Positions 12,328-21,474 of a DNA stretch of 64,000 nt are shown here, in pieces. Position 1 is the stretch's first letter. Every line of letters begins with the position of its first letter. The stretch covers positions 13,505 to 77,504 of the forward strand of contig CALCIE010000082.1 in the NCBI GenBank assembly GCA_937907425.1, in the 5' to 3' direction. The notes below the pieces were generated by a model, which was not told the origin of the DNA, searched no databases, and saw only the letters and a list, made by a program, of their open reading frames with translations. This stretch comes from an uncultured Pseudomonadota bacterium. GTDB lineage: Bacteria > Pseudomonadota > Gammaproteobacteria > Burkholderiales > SG8-39. The position numbers and the translations under genes were made by a program.

Positions 12328-12494
12328 CCTTCTTTTCTCCAGGCGCATTCTGTCGAGCGCGTGACACAATCCTAGCACAGCGCCCAAGGCTGAAACGGGG
12401 CCTATTTCGCACTCTTTCGCGGCACTGCGGGGGGCGAAGGCTCTTCGTCAAACGCCGGGATTCGTCTAAAATCGGGCCTTTTTCCGGACTCCGT

Positions 12495-13724
12495 ATGGCA
12501 CTGATCGTCCAGAAATTCGGCGGCACCTCGGTAGGCAGCGTCGAGCGCATCAAGGCCGTCGCACAACGCGTCGCCCGTTGGAAGAAGATGGGCCATGACA
12601 TCGTCGTGGTGCCCTCCGCCATGGCGGGCGAAACCAATCGCCTGATCGCCCTGGCCAAGGAGATCCAGGCCAACCCCGACCCCCGCGAGTTGGACGTGGT
12701 GGCGTCCACCGGCGAACAGGTCACCATCGGCCTGCTGTCGATGGCCCTGATGGAACTGGGCCTCAAGGCCAAGAGCTACACCGGCGCGCAGGTCAGGGTC
12801 CTGACCGACAGCGCCTTTACCAAGGCGCGCATCCTGTCGATCGACGAGGAGCGGCTGCGTGCCGACCTGGCGCAGGGCATCATTCCCGTGGTGGCCGGTT
12901 TCCAGGGGGTGGACGCGCAGGGCAACATCACCACGCTGGGCCGCGGCGGTTCCGACACCTCGGCGGTGGCGCTGGCCGCGGCACTGAAGGCGGACGAGTG
13001 CCAGATCTACACGGACGTCGACGGTGTCTACACCACCGACCCGCGGATCGTGCCGGAAGCCCGCCGCCTGAAGACGATCACCTTCGAAGAGATGCTCGAA
13101 ATGGCAAGCCTTGGTTCCAAGGTCTTGCAGATCCGGTCGGTGGAGTTCGCGGGCAAGTACAAAGTGCGGCTGCGCGTGCTGTCCAGCTTCCAGGACGAAG
13201 GCGAAGGCACCCTGATTACTTTCGAGGAAGACGAGAAGATGGAGAAGGCTGTCATTTCCGGGATCGCGTTCAACCGCGACGAGGCCAAGATCACTGTGAC
13301 GGGGGTGCCGGACCGCCCGGGTATCGCCTATGCGATCCTCGGCCCGATCGCCGACGCCAACATCGACGTCGACATGATCATCCAGACCGCCAGCGTCGAC
13401 GGCAAGACCGACTTCTCGTTCACGGTGCACCGCAACGATTTCGCCAAGGCGATGGAAATCGCCCGGAAGGTGCAGGCGCACATCGGCGCGAAGGACATTG
13501 TCGGCGACGACAAGGTCTGCAAGGTCTCGGTGGTCGGCGTGGGCATGCGTTCGCACGTCGGCATCGCCAGCAAGATGTTCCGCACGCTGGCCGAGGAAGG
13601 GATCAACATCCAGATGATCTCGACCTCCGAGATCAAGATCTCGGTCGTCGTCGACGAAAAATACCTGGAGCTCGCGGTGCGCGTGCTCCACAAGGCCTTC
13701 GGCCTCGAAGAAGAGACGGCCTGA
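12495..13724 (+). CDS. lysC: aspartate kinase
   Basis: MALIVQKFGGTSV... kinase N-terminus, two C-terminal ACT domains. Confidence 0.95.
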   Translation: MALIVQKFGGTSVGSVERIKAVAQRVARWKKMGHDIVVVPSAMAGETNRLIALAKEIQANPDPRELDVVASTGEQVTIGLLSMALMELGLKAKSYTGAQVRVLTDSAFTKARILSIDEERLRADLAQGIIPVVAGFQGVDAQGNITTLGRGGSDTSAVALAAALKADECQIYTDVDGVYTTDPRIVPEARRLKTITFEEMLEMASLGSKVLQIRSVEFAGKYKVRLRVLSSFQDEGEGTLITFEEDEKMEKAVISGIAFNRDEAKITVTGVPDRPGIAYAILGPIADANIDVDMIIQTASVDGKTDFSFTVHRNDFAKAMEIARKVQAHIGAKDIVGDDKVCKVSVVGVGMRSHVGIASKMFRTLAEEGINIQMISTSEIKISVVVDEKYLELAVRVLHKAFGLEEETA

Positions 13725-13800
13725 GGGAATGCATATGCCGCCCGCAATGCGGTTTGACCCGAAGGGACTGACCGCGTAACATCGGCGGCCTCACGATCAC

Positions 13801-13894
13801 GGAGAGTTGGCCGAGAGGTCGAAGGCGCTCCCCTGCTAAGGGAGTATACGGACTAAAATCCGTATCGAGGGTTCGAATCCCTCACTCTCCGCCA
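13801..13894 (+). tRNA. tRNA-Ser (anticodon GCU), CCA encoded
   Basis: Acceptor GGAGAGT/ACTCTCC, anticodon loop CTGCTAA, long variable arm, T-loop GGTTCGAATCC. Confidence 0.9.
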
Positions 13895-13903
13895 GAATGC
13901 AAG

Positions 13904-13934
13904 GAAGCCCGCTCGACGCGGGCTTCTTCGTTTT
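13904..13934 (+). terminator. rho-independent terminator after tRNA-Ser(GCU)
   Basis: Stem GAAGCCCGC (13904-13912) / GCGGGCTTC (13918-13926) then TTCGTTTT. Confidence 0.7.
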
Positions 13935-13946
13935 CCGTCCCCGGTT

Positions 13947-14258
13947 TCACTTCCCGAGCTGATCGCGGAACACGGCCGCGCGCACGATCAGCAGCAAGGT
14001 GATGGGCGTTGTCACCGTGACGAATATCGCGATCAGGATCTCGTGCAGCACCGGCCGGGCTTCGGTGATGCTGAAGTAGATCATCGACGCCAGCACGATG
14101 TTCAGCGTGCCGAGCGTGGTGCCGAGCGTGGGCGCATGCACGCGGTCGTAGAACTTGCGCAGCCGCACCAGTCCCAGCGAGCCGATGAAGGTGATGCCGG
14201 CGCCCAGCAGCAACAGCAGGGCGGTGAGCCAGGCGGCCCAGTCGGGAAGCGCGTTCAT
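13947..14258 (-). CDS. phaG: monovalent cation/H+ antiporter subunit G
   Basis: Small 3-TM protein with RLRKFYDRVHAPTLGTTLG motif typical of MnhG/PhaG; last gene of the operon. Confidence 0.85.
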   Translation of the reverse strand: MNALPDWAAWLTALLLLLGAGITFIGSLGLVRLRKFYDRVHAPTLGTTLGTLNIVLASMIYFSITEARPVLHEILIAIFVTVTTPITLLLIVRAAVFRDQLGK

Positions 14259-14536
14259 TCGATCACCTCGCCGCGCATGAGGAATTTCGCCAGCGCCACG
14301 GTGGCGACGAAACCGAGCAGCGCGATCGCCAGCGCCGCCTCGAAGTAGAGCGAACTGCCCGTCCGGATGCCGAAGGTGAGGAGCAGCAGCATGGCGTTCA
14401 CGTACAGCGTGTCCAGGCCGATCACCCGGTCCTGCGCCCGCGGCCCTCTGGCCAGCCGGAACACCGCGCAGACCATCGCCAGCGCGAGCAGCACTTGCGC
14501 GGCGACGAGGGCCCAGTCCAATACCGTCGCACTCAT
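14255..14536 (-). CDS. phaF: monovalent cation/H+ antiporter subunit F
   Basis: 93-aa 3-TM protein; 4-nt overlaps with neighbours; MnhF/PhaF position and size. Confidence 0.8.
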   Translation of the reverse strand: MSATVLDWALVAAQVLLALAMVCAVFRLARGPRAQDRVIGLDTLYVNAMLLLLTFGIRTGSSLYFEAALAIALLGFVATVALAKFLMRGEVIE

Positions 14537-15024
14537 TCGAAAATCTCCAGCAACAGGCTCTCGTAGCGTTCCTTGATGCGGCGCACCCACGCCGCTTTGT
14601 CGATCAGATCGAGCACGTGCATGCGCATGACGCCGGTGGCCGTGTCGTAATCCGTCCACAGCGTGCCGGGCGTGGACGTGATGATGATCGCCAGCAACGC
14701 GAGCCCGTAGCGGCTGCGCAATTCGAGCGGAATGTCGACGAACCCGGAAGTCGCTCCACGCAGATTGGGATGCAGCACGATCATGGCGACGGCGTTGTTC
14801 GAGCGCACCACGTCTTCGAACCACAGCCACAGGAGCTTGAGGATGGCGCGTACGCGCCGGAACTTCGCCCGGGGCAGTTCCAGCGCCGTCATGGCGATGG
14901 GGCCGAGAATGCCGATCAGCGCGCCGGCGAAGAGGTGGCCGGGCGATACGCTCTGGTTGAGCAGCAGCCATATCGCGAACAGCGCCACGCTGAAGAGCGG
15001 GAAGGGGAAGATGCGCCGCATCAT
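14533..15024 (-). CDS. phaE: monovalent cation/H+ antiporter subunit E
   Basis: 163 aa starting MMRRIFPFPLFSVALFAIWLLLN; MnhE-like; 4-nt overlaps on both sides. Confidence 0.8.
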   Translation of the reverse strand: MMRRIFPFPLFSVALFAIWLLLNQSVSPGHLFAGALIGILGPIAMTALELPRAKFRRVRAILKLLWLWFEDVVRSNNAVAMIVLHPNLRGATSGFVDIPLELRSRYGLALLAIIITSTPGTLWTDYDTATGVMRMHVLDLIDKAAWVRRIKERYESLLLEIFE

Positions 15025-16643
15025 GGCCGTCGCTCCTTGACTTGCGGTTCGGCCAGCACCTGCCGTACGTAGTCGTGCGGCGCATGCAGCGCGGTCGCGG
15101 TGGCCTGCATGTAGCGCATCACGGGACCGGCGTAGACCGTCAGCACGGCGCACAGGCCGAGCAGGCCGATGACGGGCGCGATCTCGATCACCTGCACGCG
15201 CGGCACGGTGCGCTGGATCGGCGCCCAGAAGGTGCGGATGCCGGCGCGCGTCATGGCGACCAGCACCATCAGGCCCGAACCGACGATCGCCGCGAGCAGG
15301 ACCCACGCCGTGGTCGGCGTGGCGTTCGGCGCGGCGGCCAGTCCTTCGGGCTCGAACAGCGTCGTCACCATCGCGAACTTGGCGACGAAGCCCGAGAGCG
15401 GCGGCAGCCCGGCGAGCAGCAGCCCGCAGCAGACGAAGGCGATGCCCAGCACCGCCATCACCGCGGGAATCGCCACGCCGACTTCCTTCTCGGTAAAGGC
15501 GTCGTCGCCGAAGGCCTCCAGCGTGACCGCGAGCATGTCGGCGCCCGCCGTGCGGCCGCGTTCGACCAGTTCCAGCAGCAGGTAGAAGGCGCCGAGCGCC
15601 AGCGTGGAGTTGACGAGGTAGAACAGCGCGCTGCCTGTCACGCTGGTATGGCCGGTCCCCAGGATGGCGAGGATGGTGCCGGTGGAGACGAGCACGCTGT
15701 AGCCCGCGAGCCGCGCCATGTCCTGCGAGGCGAGCACGCCCATGGAGCCGTAGAAGATGGTGAGCACGCCGCCCCAGAGCAGCCAGTTGCTGCCGAACAG
15801 CGCCGAATCGCCGCCCGTCGGCTCGCTGAACAGCAGCAGCCACACCCGGATCAGCGCGTACACGCCGACCTTGCTCATGATCGAGAACAGCGCCGCGACC
15901 GGCGGACTGGCGGCGGCGTAGGCCGGCGGCAGCCAGAAGCCGAGCGGCCACATGCCCGCCTTGACCAGGAAGGCGATGCCGAGCAGCGCCGCGCCGGCTT
16001 CGAGCAGCATGCGGTCTTCTTTCCCGAGCGCAGGGGCGCGCACCGCGAGGTCGGCCATATTGAGCGTGCCGGTCACGGCGTACATCAGGCTGACGCCGAG
16101 CAGGAAGAGCAGCGAGGCGGCGAGGTTGACGGCGATGTAATGCAGGCCGGTGCGCACCCGGTCGGGCCCGGAGCCGTGCAGCAGCAGCCCGTAGGAGGCC
16201 GCCAGCAGCACTTCGAAGAACACGAACAGGTTGAACAGGTCGCCGGTGAGGAAGGCGCCGTTCAAGCCCATCAACTGCAGTTGGAACAGCGTGTGGAAGT
16301 GCGAGCCGGCGCGGTGCCAGCGTGCGAGCGCATAAAGGAGCGCGGCCAGACCCAGCACGGCGCTCAGCAGCACCATGAGCGCCGACAGGCGGTCGAGCAC
16401 GAATACGATGCCGAACGGCGCCGGCCAGTTGGCGAGCAGATAGACGCTCACCCGGGCGCCGTCCGGATCGGCGTCGGCCTGGCGCAGCAGCGCGACCGCG
16501 ATGAACAGCAGCGCGACCGTGGCGATCAGATTGAGTGCGGCTTTCTGAGGTCGCCGCTTCTCGCCGCCGAGCAACAGCATCGCCACTGCCGAGAACAGCG
16601 GCAGCAGCACTGGCATCAAGAGCAGGTGATCCGTCCAGCTCAT
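15021..16643 (-). CDS. phaD: monovalent cation/H+ antiporter subunit D (NuoM/NuoN-like)
   Basis: 540-aa polytopic protein of the complex I antiporter-like family. Confidence 0.85.
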   Translation of the reverse strand: MSWTDHLLLMPVLLPLFSAVAMLLLGGEKRRPQKAALNLIATVALLFIAVALLRQADADPDGARVSVYLLANWPAPFGIVFVLDRLSALMVLLSAVLGLAALLYALARWHRAGSHFHTLFQLQLMGLNGAFLTGDLFNLFVFFEVLLAASYGLLLHGSGPDRVRTGLHYIAVNLAASLLFLLGVSLMYAVTGTLNMADLAVRAPALGKEDRMLLEAGAALLGIAFLVKAGMWPLGFWLPPAYAAASPPVAALFSIMSKVGVYALIRVWLLLFSEPTGGDSALFGSNWLLWGGVLTIFYGSMGVLASQDMARLAGYSVLVSTGTILAILGTGHTSVTGSALFYLVNSTLALGAFYLLLELVERGRTAGADMLAVTLEAFGDDAFTEKEVGVAIPAVMAVLGIAFVCCGLLLAGLPPLSGFVAKFAMVTTLFEPEGLAAAPNATPTTAWVLLAAIVGSGLMVLVAMTRAGIRTFWAPIQRTVPRVQVIEIAPVIGLLGLCAVLTVYAGPVMRYMQATATALHAPHDYVRQVLAEPQVKERRP

Positions 16644-16984
16644 GTTTCAGGCTCCCGGCCGTCGACGTGGTCGGTGCCTGTGAAGCCGCGCGCGGCGAGC
16701 AGCACCACCAGGAACAGCGCCGTGGTCGCGAAGCCGATGACGATCGCCGTCAGCACCAGCGCCTGCGGCAGGGGATCGACGTACAGGCTCGGATCGCCCT
16801 TTGCGGCGACTTCCAGCACAGGGGGCATGCCGATGCGCAGCCGGCCGGTGCTGAAAATGAACAGGTTCACGGCGTACGACAGCAGCGACAGACCGATGAT
16901 GACCTGGAAGGTACGCGGCCGCAGGATCAGCCAGATGCCCGAGCCGGTCAGCACGCCGATCGCGATGGCGACAATCATTTCCAT
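16640..16984 (-). CDS. phaC: monovalent cation/H+ antiporter subunit C (NuoK-like)
   Basis: 114-aa 3-TM protein, MEMIVAIAIGVLTGSGIWLILRPRTFQVIIGL, NuoK/MnhC-like. Confidence 0.85.
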   Translation of the reverse strand: MEMIVAIAIGVLTGSGIWLILRPRTFQVIIGLSLLSYAVNLFIFSTGRLRIGMPPVLEVAAKGDPSLYVDPLPQALVLTAIVIGFATTALFLVVLLAARGFTGTDHVDGREPET

Positions 16985-19941
16985 CGAGTCTCTCCCATGG
17001 CGGTATAGGGCGTCTGTGTGGCCGGGCCGTGCGCCCGGTGGCTGCGGATCGACTGGTGCGCCAGCGCGATGAGGATCAGCACCGTGGCGCCGATCACGAG
17101 CAGGAAGACGCCGAAATCGAACAGCAGCGCGGTCGCGAAGGGCAGCTTGCCGAGCAGCGGCACTTCGCCGTAGCTGTGATGCGAGGTGAGGAAGGGGTAG
17201 CCCACCAGCCAGGCGCCGACGCCCGTCAGGCCCGCGAACAGCAGACCGAGCGCGATCCAGTTGATGGGGCGGATGGACAGGCGCGCTTCCACCCAGCGCG
17301 TGCCGCCCGCCATGTATTGCACGATGAAGCCGATGGCCATGGTGAGCCCCGCCACGAAGCCGCCGCCCGGCAGATCGTGTCCGCGCAGGAACAGGAAGAT
17401 CGAGAATGCCGCGATGACGGGGAACAGCAGGCGCATGAGGACCGAGGGAATGAGCAGGTAGTCGGCGATGGTTTCGCTCTTCTCGCGCTCGGGATTGTCC
17501 ATGCGCCGCGCCTGTTCGCTGCGCTGCTGTTCGGGAATCTCGATGCTGTCGGGCGCCGGCCGGAAACGCCGCAGCAACGCGTAGACGGTGAGTGCGACGA
17601 TCCCGAGCACGGTGATCTCGCCGAAGGTATCGAAGCCGCGGAAGTCCACCAGGATCACGTTGACGATGTTGTGGCCCCCGCCGCCGGTATAGGCGTTCTC
17701 GACGTAGTAGCGCGACACGCTCTCGGGCATGGGTCGCGTCATGGCGGCGTAGGCGAGCATGGCGATGCCCACGCCGCTGACGATGGCGACGATCAGGTCG
17801 CGGGTGCGGCGTGTGCGGGCGACGATCTCGTAGGCCGAGGTTTCCTCGCCGGGTGCGTGCACGTCCGGTCGCCGCTTCGGCAGCCAGCGCAGGCCCAGCA
17901 GGATGAGCACGGTAGTCACGACCTCCACCAGCAACTGAGTCAGCGCGAGATCGGGTGCCGACAGCCAGACGAAGGTGATGCAGGTGACCAGTCCCGCGCC
18001 GCCGAGCAGGATGAGCGCAGCGAGCCGATGGTATTTGGCCTGGTAGGCCGCGCCGACGGCGCAGCCGATCCCCAGCACCCAGACCATGGCGAACGCGACC
18101 TCGCGCGCGGAAAAGCCGGTGACGGCGCCGGGCGCGAAGGGCTTGAAACCGCCGAGCCACAACGGTACGGCCGCCGCGACGATGGACAGGCAGACCAGCA
18201 GCAGCAACTGGCGCTGCAGGCGGCGCGTGCCGAGCACGTTCTCGAAACCGCGTGCGACGCGCCAGGACAGGATCACCATGGCGCGGTCGAAGATGTTGCG
18301 CGCGCTGATGGCGGGCAGGGCGGGAGGTTCGTCCACGCCGCGCGAGAGATGGCTCTGCAGCGCGAGGTACAGCAGCGCGCCGCCCACCATGGCGATGAAG
18401 CTCATCAGCAGCGGCCAGGTGAAGCCGTGCCATACCGCCAGGCTGTATTCGGGCATCGCCTCACCAAGCACCGAACGGGCGCCGATCTCCAGGAAGGGGC
18501 CGATGGTGAGGCTGGGCAGGGCGCCGACCACGATGCAGGCCAGCACCAGCAGCTCCACGGGCAGGCGCATCCAGCGCGGCGGTTCGTGCGGCACGCGCGG
18601 CAGATCGCGCGGGGCGCCGCCGAAGAACACGCCGTGGATGAAGCGCAGCGAATAGGCCACGCTGAACATGCCCCACAGCGTGCCCACGTAGGGCAGGGCT
18701 TCGTCGACGATGCTGCCGCTGTGGGTCTCGAGCGCCTCGGCGAAGAACATCTCCTTCGACAGGAAGCCGTTGAGCAGCGGTACGCCGGCCATCGAAGCGG
18801 CGGCGACGATGGCTGCCGTGGCGGTGATCGGCATGAACGAATAGAGGCCGCGCAGCTTGCGGATGTCGCGCGTGCCGGTTTCGTGGTCGATGATGCCGGC
18901 GGCCATGAACAGCGAGGCCTTGAAGGTCGCGTGGTTCATGATGTGGAAGATCGCCGCGACCACGCCGAGCGGCGTGGCGAGTCCCAGCAGCAGAGTGATC
19001 AGTCCGAGGTGGCTGATGGTCGAGTAGGCGAGCAGACCCTTGAGATCGTGCTGGAAGATGGCGATGTAGGCCGCCAGCACCAGCGTCACCAGTCCCGCGG
19101 TGCCGATGATCCAGGTCCATTCGTCGGTGCCCGCCATGGCGGGCGACAGCCGCGCGAGCAGGAACACCCCGGCCTTCACCATGGTGGCCGAGTGCAGATA
19201 GGCCGATACGGGTGTCGGCGCCGCCATCGCGTGCGGCAGCCAGAAGTGGAAGGGGAACTGCGCGCTCTTGCTCAGCGCGCCGATCGCGATGAGCACCAGC
19301 GCGGGCACGTAGTACTCGTGGTTGCGGATCGTGTCGCCGGCGGCGACGATGCGGTCGAGGTCGTAGCCGCCCGCCATGGTGCCGAGCAGCAGCAGCCCGG
19401 CGAACAGGCACAGCCCGCCCGCGCCCGTGACCGTCAGCGCCATGCGCGCGCCGTCGCGCGCGGTCGCGTTGTGGTGCCAGTAGCCGATTAGCAGGAAGGA
19501 GTAGAGGCTCGTCAGTTCCCAGAAGAAGGCGAGCTGGATGAGATTGCCGGAGAGCACGATGCCCAGCATCGAGCCCATGAAGCCGAGCAGGAAGGCGAAG
19601 AAGCGCGGTACCGGGTCCTCGGCCGACATGTAGTAGCGCGCGTAGATCACCACCAGCAGGCCGATGGCGGTGATGAGCATGGCGAAGATCCACGCCAGGC
19701 CGTCCAGCCGCAGGACGAAGTGCAGTCCCATCTGGGGCAGCCACTCGATGTCGTGGCGGATGACGGCGCCACCGGATACCTCGGGATAGAGGCTCGCGGT
19801 GAGGAGCGCGCCGGCGAGCGCCACCAGGCCGGCGAGCCACGCCTCGGCGTTGCGCGCGTTCTGGCGCATCAACGCGGCCAGCAGGCTACCGGCGAAGGGC
19901 AGAACGAGCAGAACGATCAGTCGCAGCGGGGCGTCTGGCAT
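16975..19941 (-). CDS. phaA: monovalent cation/H+ antiporter fused subunit A/B (NuoL-like + MnhB domain)
   Basis: 988-aa polytopic protein: NuoL-like N-terminal two thirds, MnhB-like C-terminus; first gene of the operon. Confidence 0.85.
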   Translation of the reverse strand: MPDAPLRLIVLLVLPFAGSLLAALMRQNARNAEAWLAGLVALAGALLTASLYPEVSGGAVIRHDIEWLPQMGLHFVLRLDGLAWIFAMLITAIGLLVVIYARYYMSAEDPVPRFFAFLLGFMGSMLGIVLSGNLIQLAFFWELTSLYSFLLIGYWHHNATARDGARMALTVTGAGGLCLFAGLLLLGTMAGGYDLDRIVAAGDTIRNHEYYVPALVLIAIGALSKSAQFPFHFWLPHAMAAPTPVSAYLHSATMVKAGVFLLARLSPAMAGTDEWTWIIGTAGLVTLVLAAYIAIFQHDLKGLLAYSTISHLGLITLLLGLATPLGVVAAIFHIMNHATFKASLFMAAGIIDHETGTRDIRKLRGLYSFMPITATAAIVAAASMAGVPLLNGFLSKEMFFAEALETHSGSIVDEALPYVGTLWGMFSVAYSLRFIHGVFFGGAPRDLPRVPHEPPRWMRLPVELLVLACIVVGALPSLTIGPFLEIGARSVLGEAMPEYSLAVWHGFTWPLLMSFIAMVGGALLYLALQSHLSRGVDEPPALPAISARNIFDRAMVILSWRVARGFENVLGTRRLQRQLLLLVCLSIVAAAVPLWLGGFKPFAPGAVTGFSAREVAFAMVWVLGIGCAVGAAYQAKYHRLAALILLGGAGLVTCITFVWLSAPDLALTQLLVEVVTTVLILLGLRWLPKRRPDVHAPGEETSAYEIVARTRRTRDLIVAIVSGVGIAMLAYAAMTRPMPESVSRYYVENAYTGGGGHNIVNVILVDFRGFDTFGEITVLGIVALTVYALLRRFRPAPDSIEIPEQQRSEQARRMDNPEREKSETIADYLLIPSVLMRLLFPVIAAFSIFLFLRGHDLPGGGFVAGLTMAIGFIVQYMAGGTRWVEARLSIRPINWIALGLLFAGLTGVGAWLVGYPFLTSHHSYGEVPLLGKLPFATALLFDFGVFLLVIGATVLILIALAHQSIRSHRAHGPATQTPYTAMGETRWK

Positions 19942-20002
19942 GGTCGGTCGGGCGCCCCACGAACGGGGGGAACAGCCTGATTAAGGTTTTGGAAAAGCGC
20001 AA

Positions 20003-20011
20003 ATTATAACA
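20003..20011 (-). promoter_or_regulatory. candidate extended -10 promoter (TGTTATAAT on minus strand) for the pha operon
   Basis: Reverse complement of 20003-20011 reads TGTTATAAT, about 60 nt upstream of phaA ATG, in an AT-rich pocket. No good -35. Confidence 0.4.
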
Positions 20012-20026
20012 AGCCCTTGCGACTCA

Positions 20027-21382
20027 TTATGGACGCGCCGCGTCAACTTCCGGGCGGCGAGGCTGCGCATCCGCGTCGCGGTCGTGCGCGAGCTCGCCGG
20101 CGATGTAGGTCGCGCGCACCGCCCGGTCGTCGCCCAGGATCATCAGCGCGAAGAGCAGGTCTTCCACGCCGTCGGCGTTGCGGGTACGGAGCTGCAGGGC
20201 GGGCGTGGCGGCGACGTCGAGCACGACCAGGTCGGCTTCGTAACCCGGCTCCAGCGCCCCGATCCGGTCATCGAGCCGCAGGGCGCGCGCGGCGCCGAGC
20301 GTGGCCGTGTAGTAGGCCTGCGCGGCGGTGAGCGTCTGACCGTTCAGCTGCGCGACCTTATAGGCGTCGCCCATGGTCTTCAGCAGCGAGTAGCTCGTGC
20401 CGGCGCCGATGTCGGTGCCCAGGGCGACGTGGATGCCGTGCTTGCGCGCGGCATGCAGACGGAACAGCCCGCTGCCTAGGAACAGGTTCGAAGTCGGGCA
20501 GTGCGCGATCGCCGTACCCGTGGCCGCGAGCCGCCCGAGCTCGCGTTCGCTGAGATGGATGCCGTGGGCGTAGAGCGCGCGCGGACCGAGCAGGCCGTAG
20601 CGCTCGTACACGTCCACGTAATCCAGCGCGTCCGGAAAGAGCTGCCGCACCCAGGCCACTTCCGCGAGGTTCTCGGCGAGGTGCGAATGCAGATACGCGT
20701 CCGGATGCTCGCGCCACAGCGCGCCCGCCGCTTCGAGCTGCTCCGGCGAGCTGGAGCCGGCGAAACGCGGGGTGATGGCGTAGAGCAGCCGGCCGCGGCC
20801 GTGCCATTTCTCGAGCAGCGTCTTGGAATCGTCGTAGCCCTTCTGCGCCGTGTCGGTGAGCGCCGCCGGCGCATTGCGGTCCATCAGCACCTTGCCTGCG
20901 ATCAGCCGCATGTTGCGCCGCTCCGCCTCGCCGAACACGGCCTCCACCGATTGCGGATAGACGGCGCAGAAGGTCACCGCGGTGGTGGTGCCGTGGCGCA
21001 GCAGCTCGTCGCAGAAGAAGCGCGCGATGGCCTCGCTGTGCAACACTTCGGCGAAAGCCTGCTCGGCGTTGAAGGTGTAGCGGTCGAGCCAGTCCAGGAG
21101 CTGGGCGCCGCAGGAGCCGACGATCTGCGCCTGCACGTAATGGATGTGCGCGTCGACGAAGCCGGGCAGGATGAGCGAGCGTCCGTAGGACATCGGCCGC
21201 ACGCCGGGCGGCAGCGCGGGCAGTACTTCGGAAGCCGGCCCGCTGGCGACGATGCGGCCGCCGGCCATGGCGACGATGCCGTCCTCCACGACCCGCATCG
21301 CGTCGTCGTTCACGAACGGATCGTCGTGGAACCACACCAGCGTTCCGCGCAGCGCGCGCACAGCGGAATCGAGCGTTTTCAT
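20027..21382 (-). CDS. guaD: guanine deaminase
   Basis: Amidohydrolase with PGFVDAHIHY metal motif and guanine-deaminase-like C-terminal half. ATG 21382 (MKTLDSAV); GTG 21391 is an alternative. Confidence 0.8.
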   Translation of the reverse strand: MKTLDSAVRALRGTLVWFHDDPFVNDDAMRVVEDGIVAMAGGRIVASGPASEVLPALPPGVRPMSYGRSLILPGFVDAHIHYVQAQIVGSCGAQLLDWLDRYTFNAEQAFAEVLHSEAIARFFCDELLRHGTTTAVTFCAVYPQSVEAVFGEAERRNMRLIAGKVLMDRNAPAALTDTAQKGYDDSKTLLEKWHGRGRLLYAITPRFAGSSSPEQLEAAGALWREHPDAYLHSHLAENLAEVAWVRQLFPDALDYVDVYERYGLLGPRALYAHGIHLSERELGRLAATGTAIAHCPTSNLFLGSGLFRLHAARKHGIHVALGTDIGAGTSYSLLKTMGDAYKVAQLNGQTLTAAQAYYTATLGAARALRLDDRIGALEPGYEADLVVLDVAATPALQLRTRNADGVEDLLFALMILGDDRAVRATYIAGELAHDRDADAQPRRPEVDAARP

Positions 21383-21474
21383 TGGCCACACGGCGGAGTG
21401 GGACGCGGCGCCATTATGACCTACACCGTGCAGAAGGGCGACCGCGGGAACGGCTTGCGGTACCCTTGCGGCCT

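Noticed and set aside
11907-12400. tRNA-Ser(UGA) flank as a genomic-island integration site
   Set aside because: I found no integrase, no direct repeat of the tRNA 3' end and no compositional break. The same conclusion holds for tRNA-Ser(GCU), tRNA-Arg(ACG) and tRNA-Ser(GGA), although the last has decayed or orphan genes downstream.
12388-12494. Possible lysine riboswitch upstream of aspartate kinase
   Set aside because: Only about 165 nt separate it from the divergent HTH gene start, and I could not recognise the conserved L-box core elements by eye. A covariance-model scan (Rfam RF00168) would be needed for a positive call.
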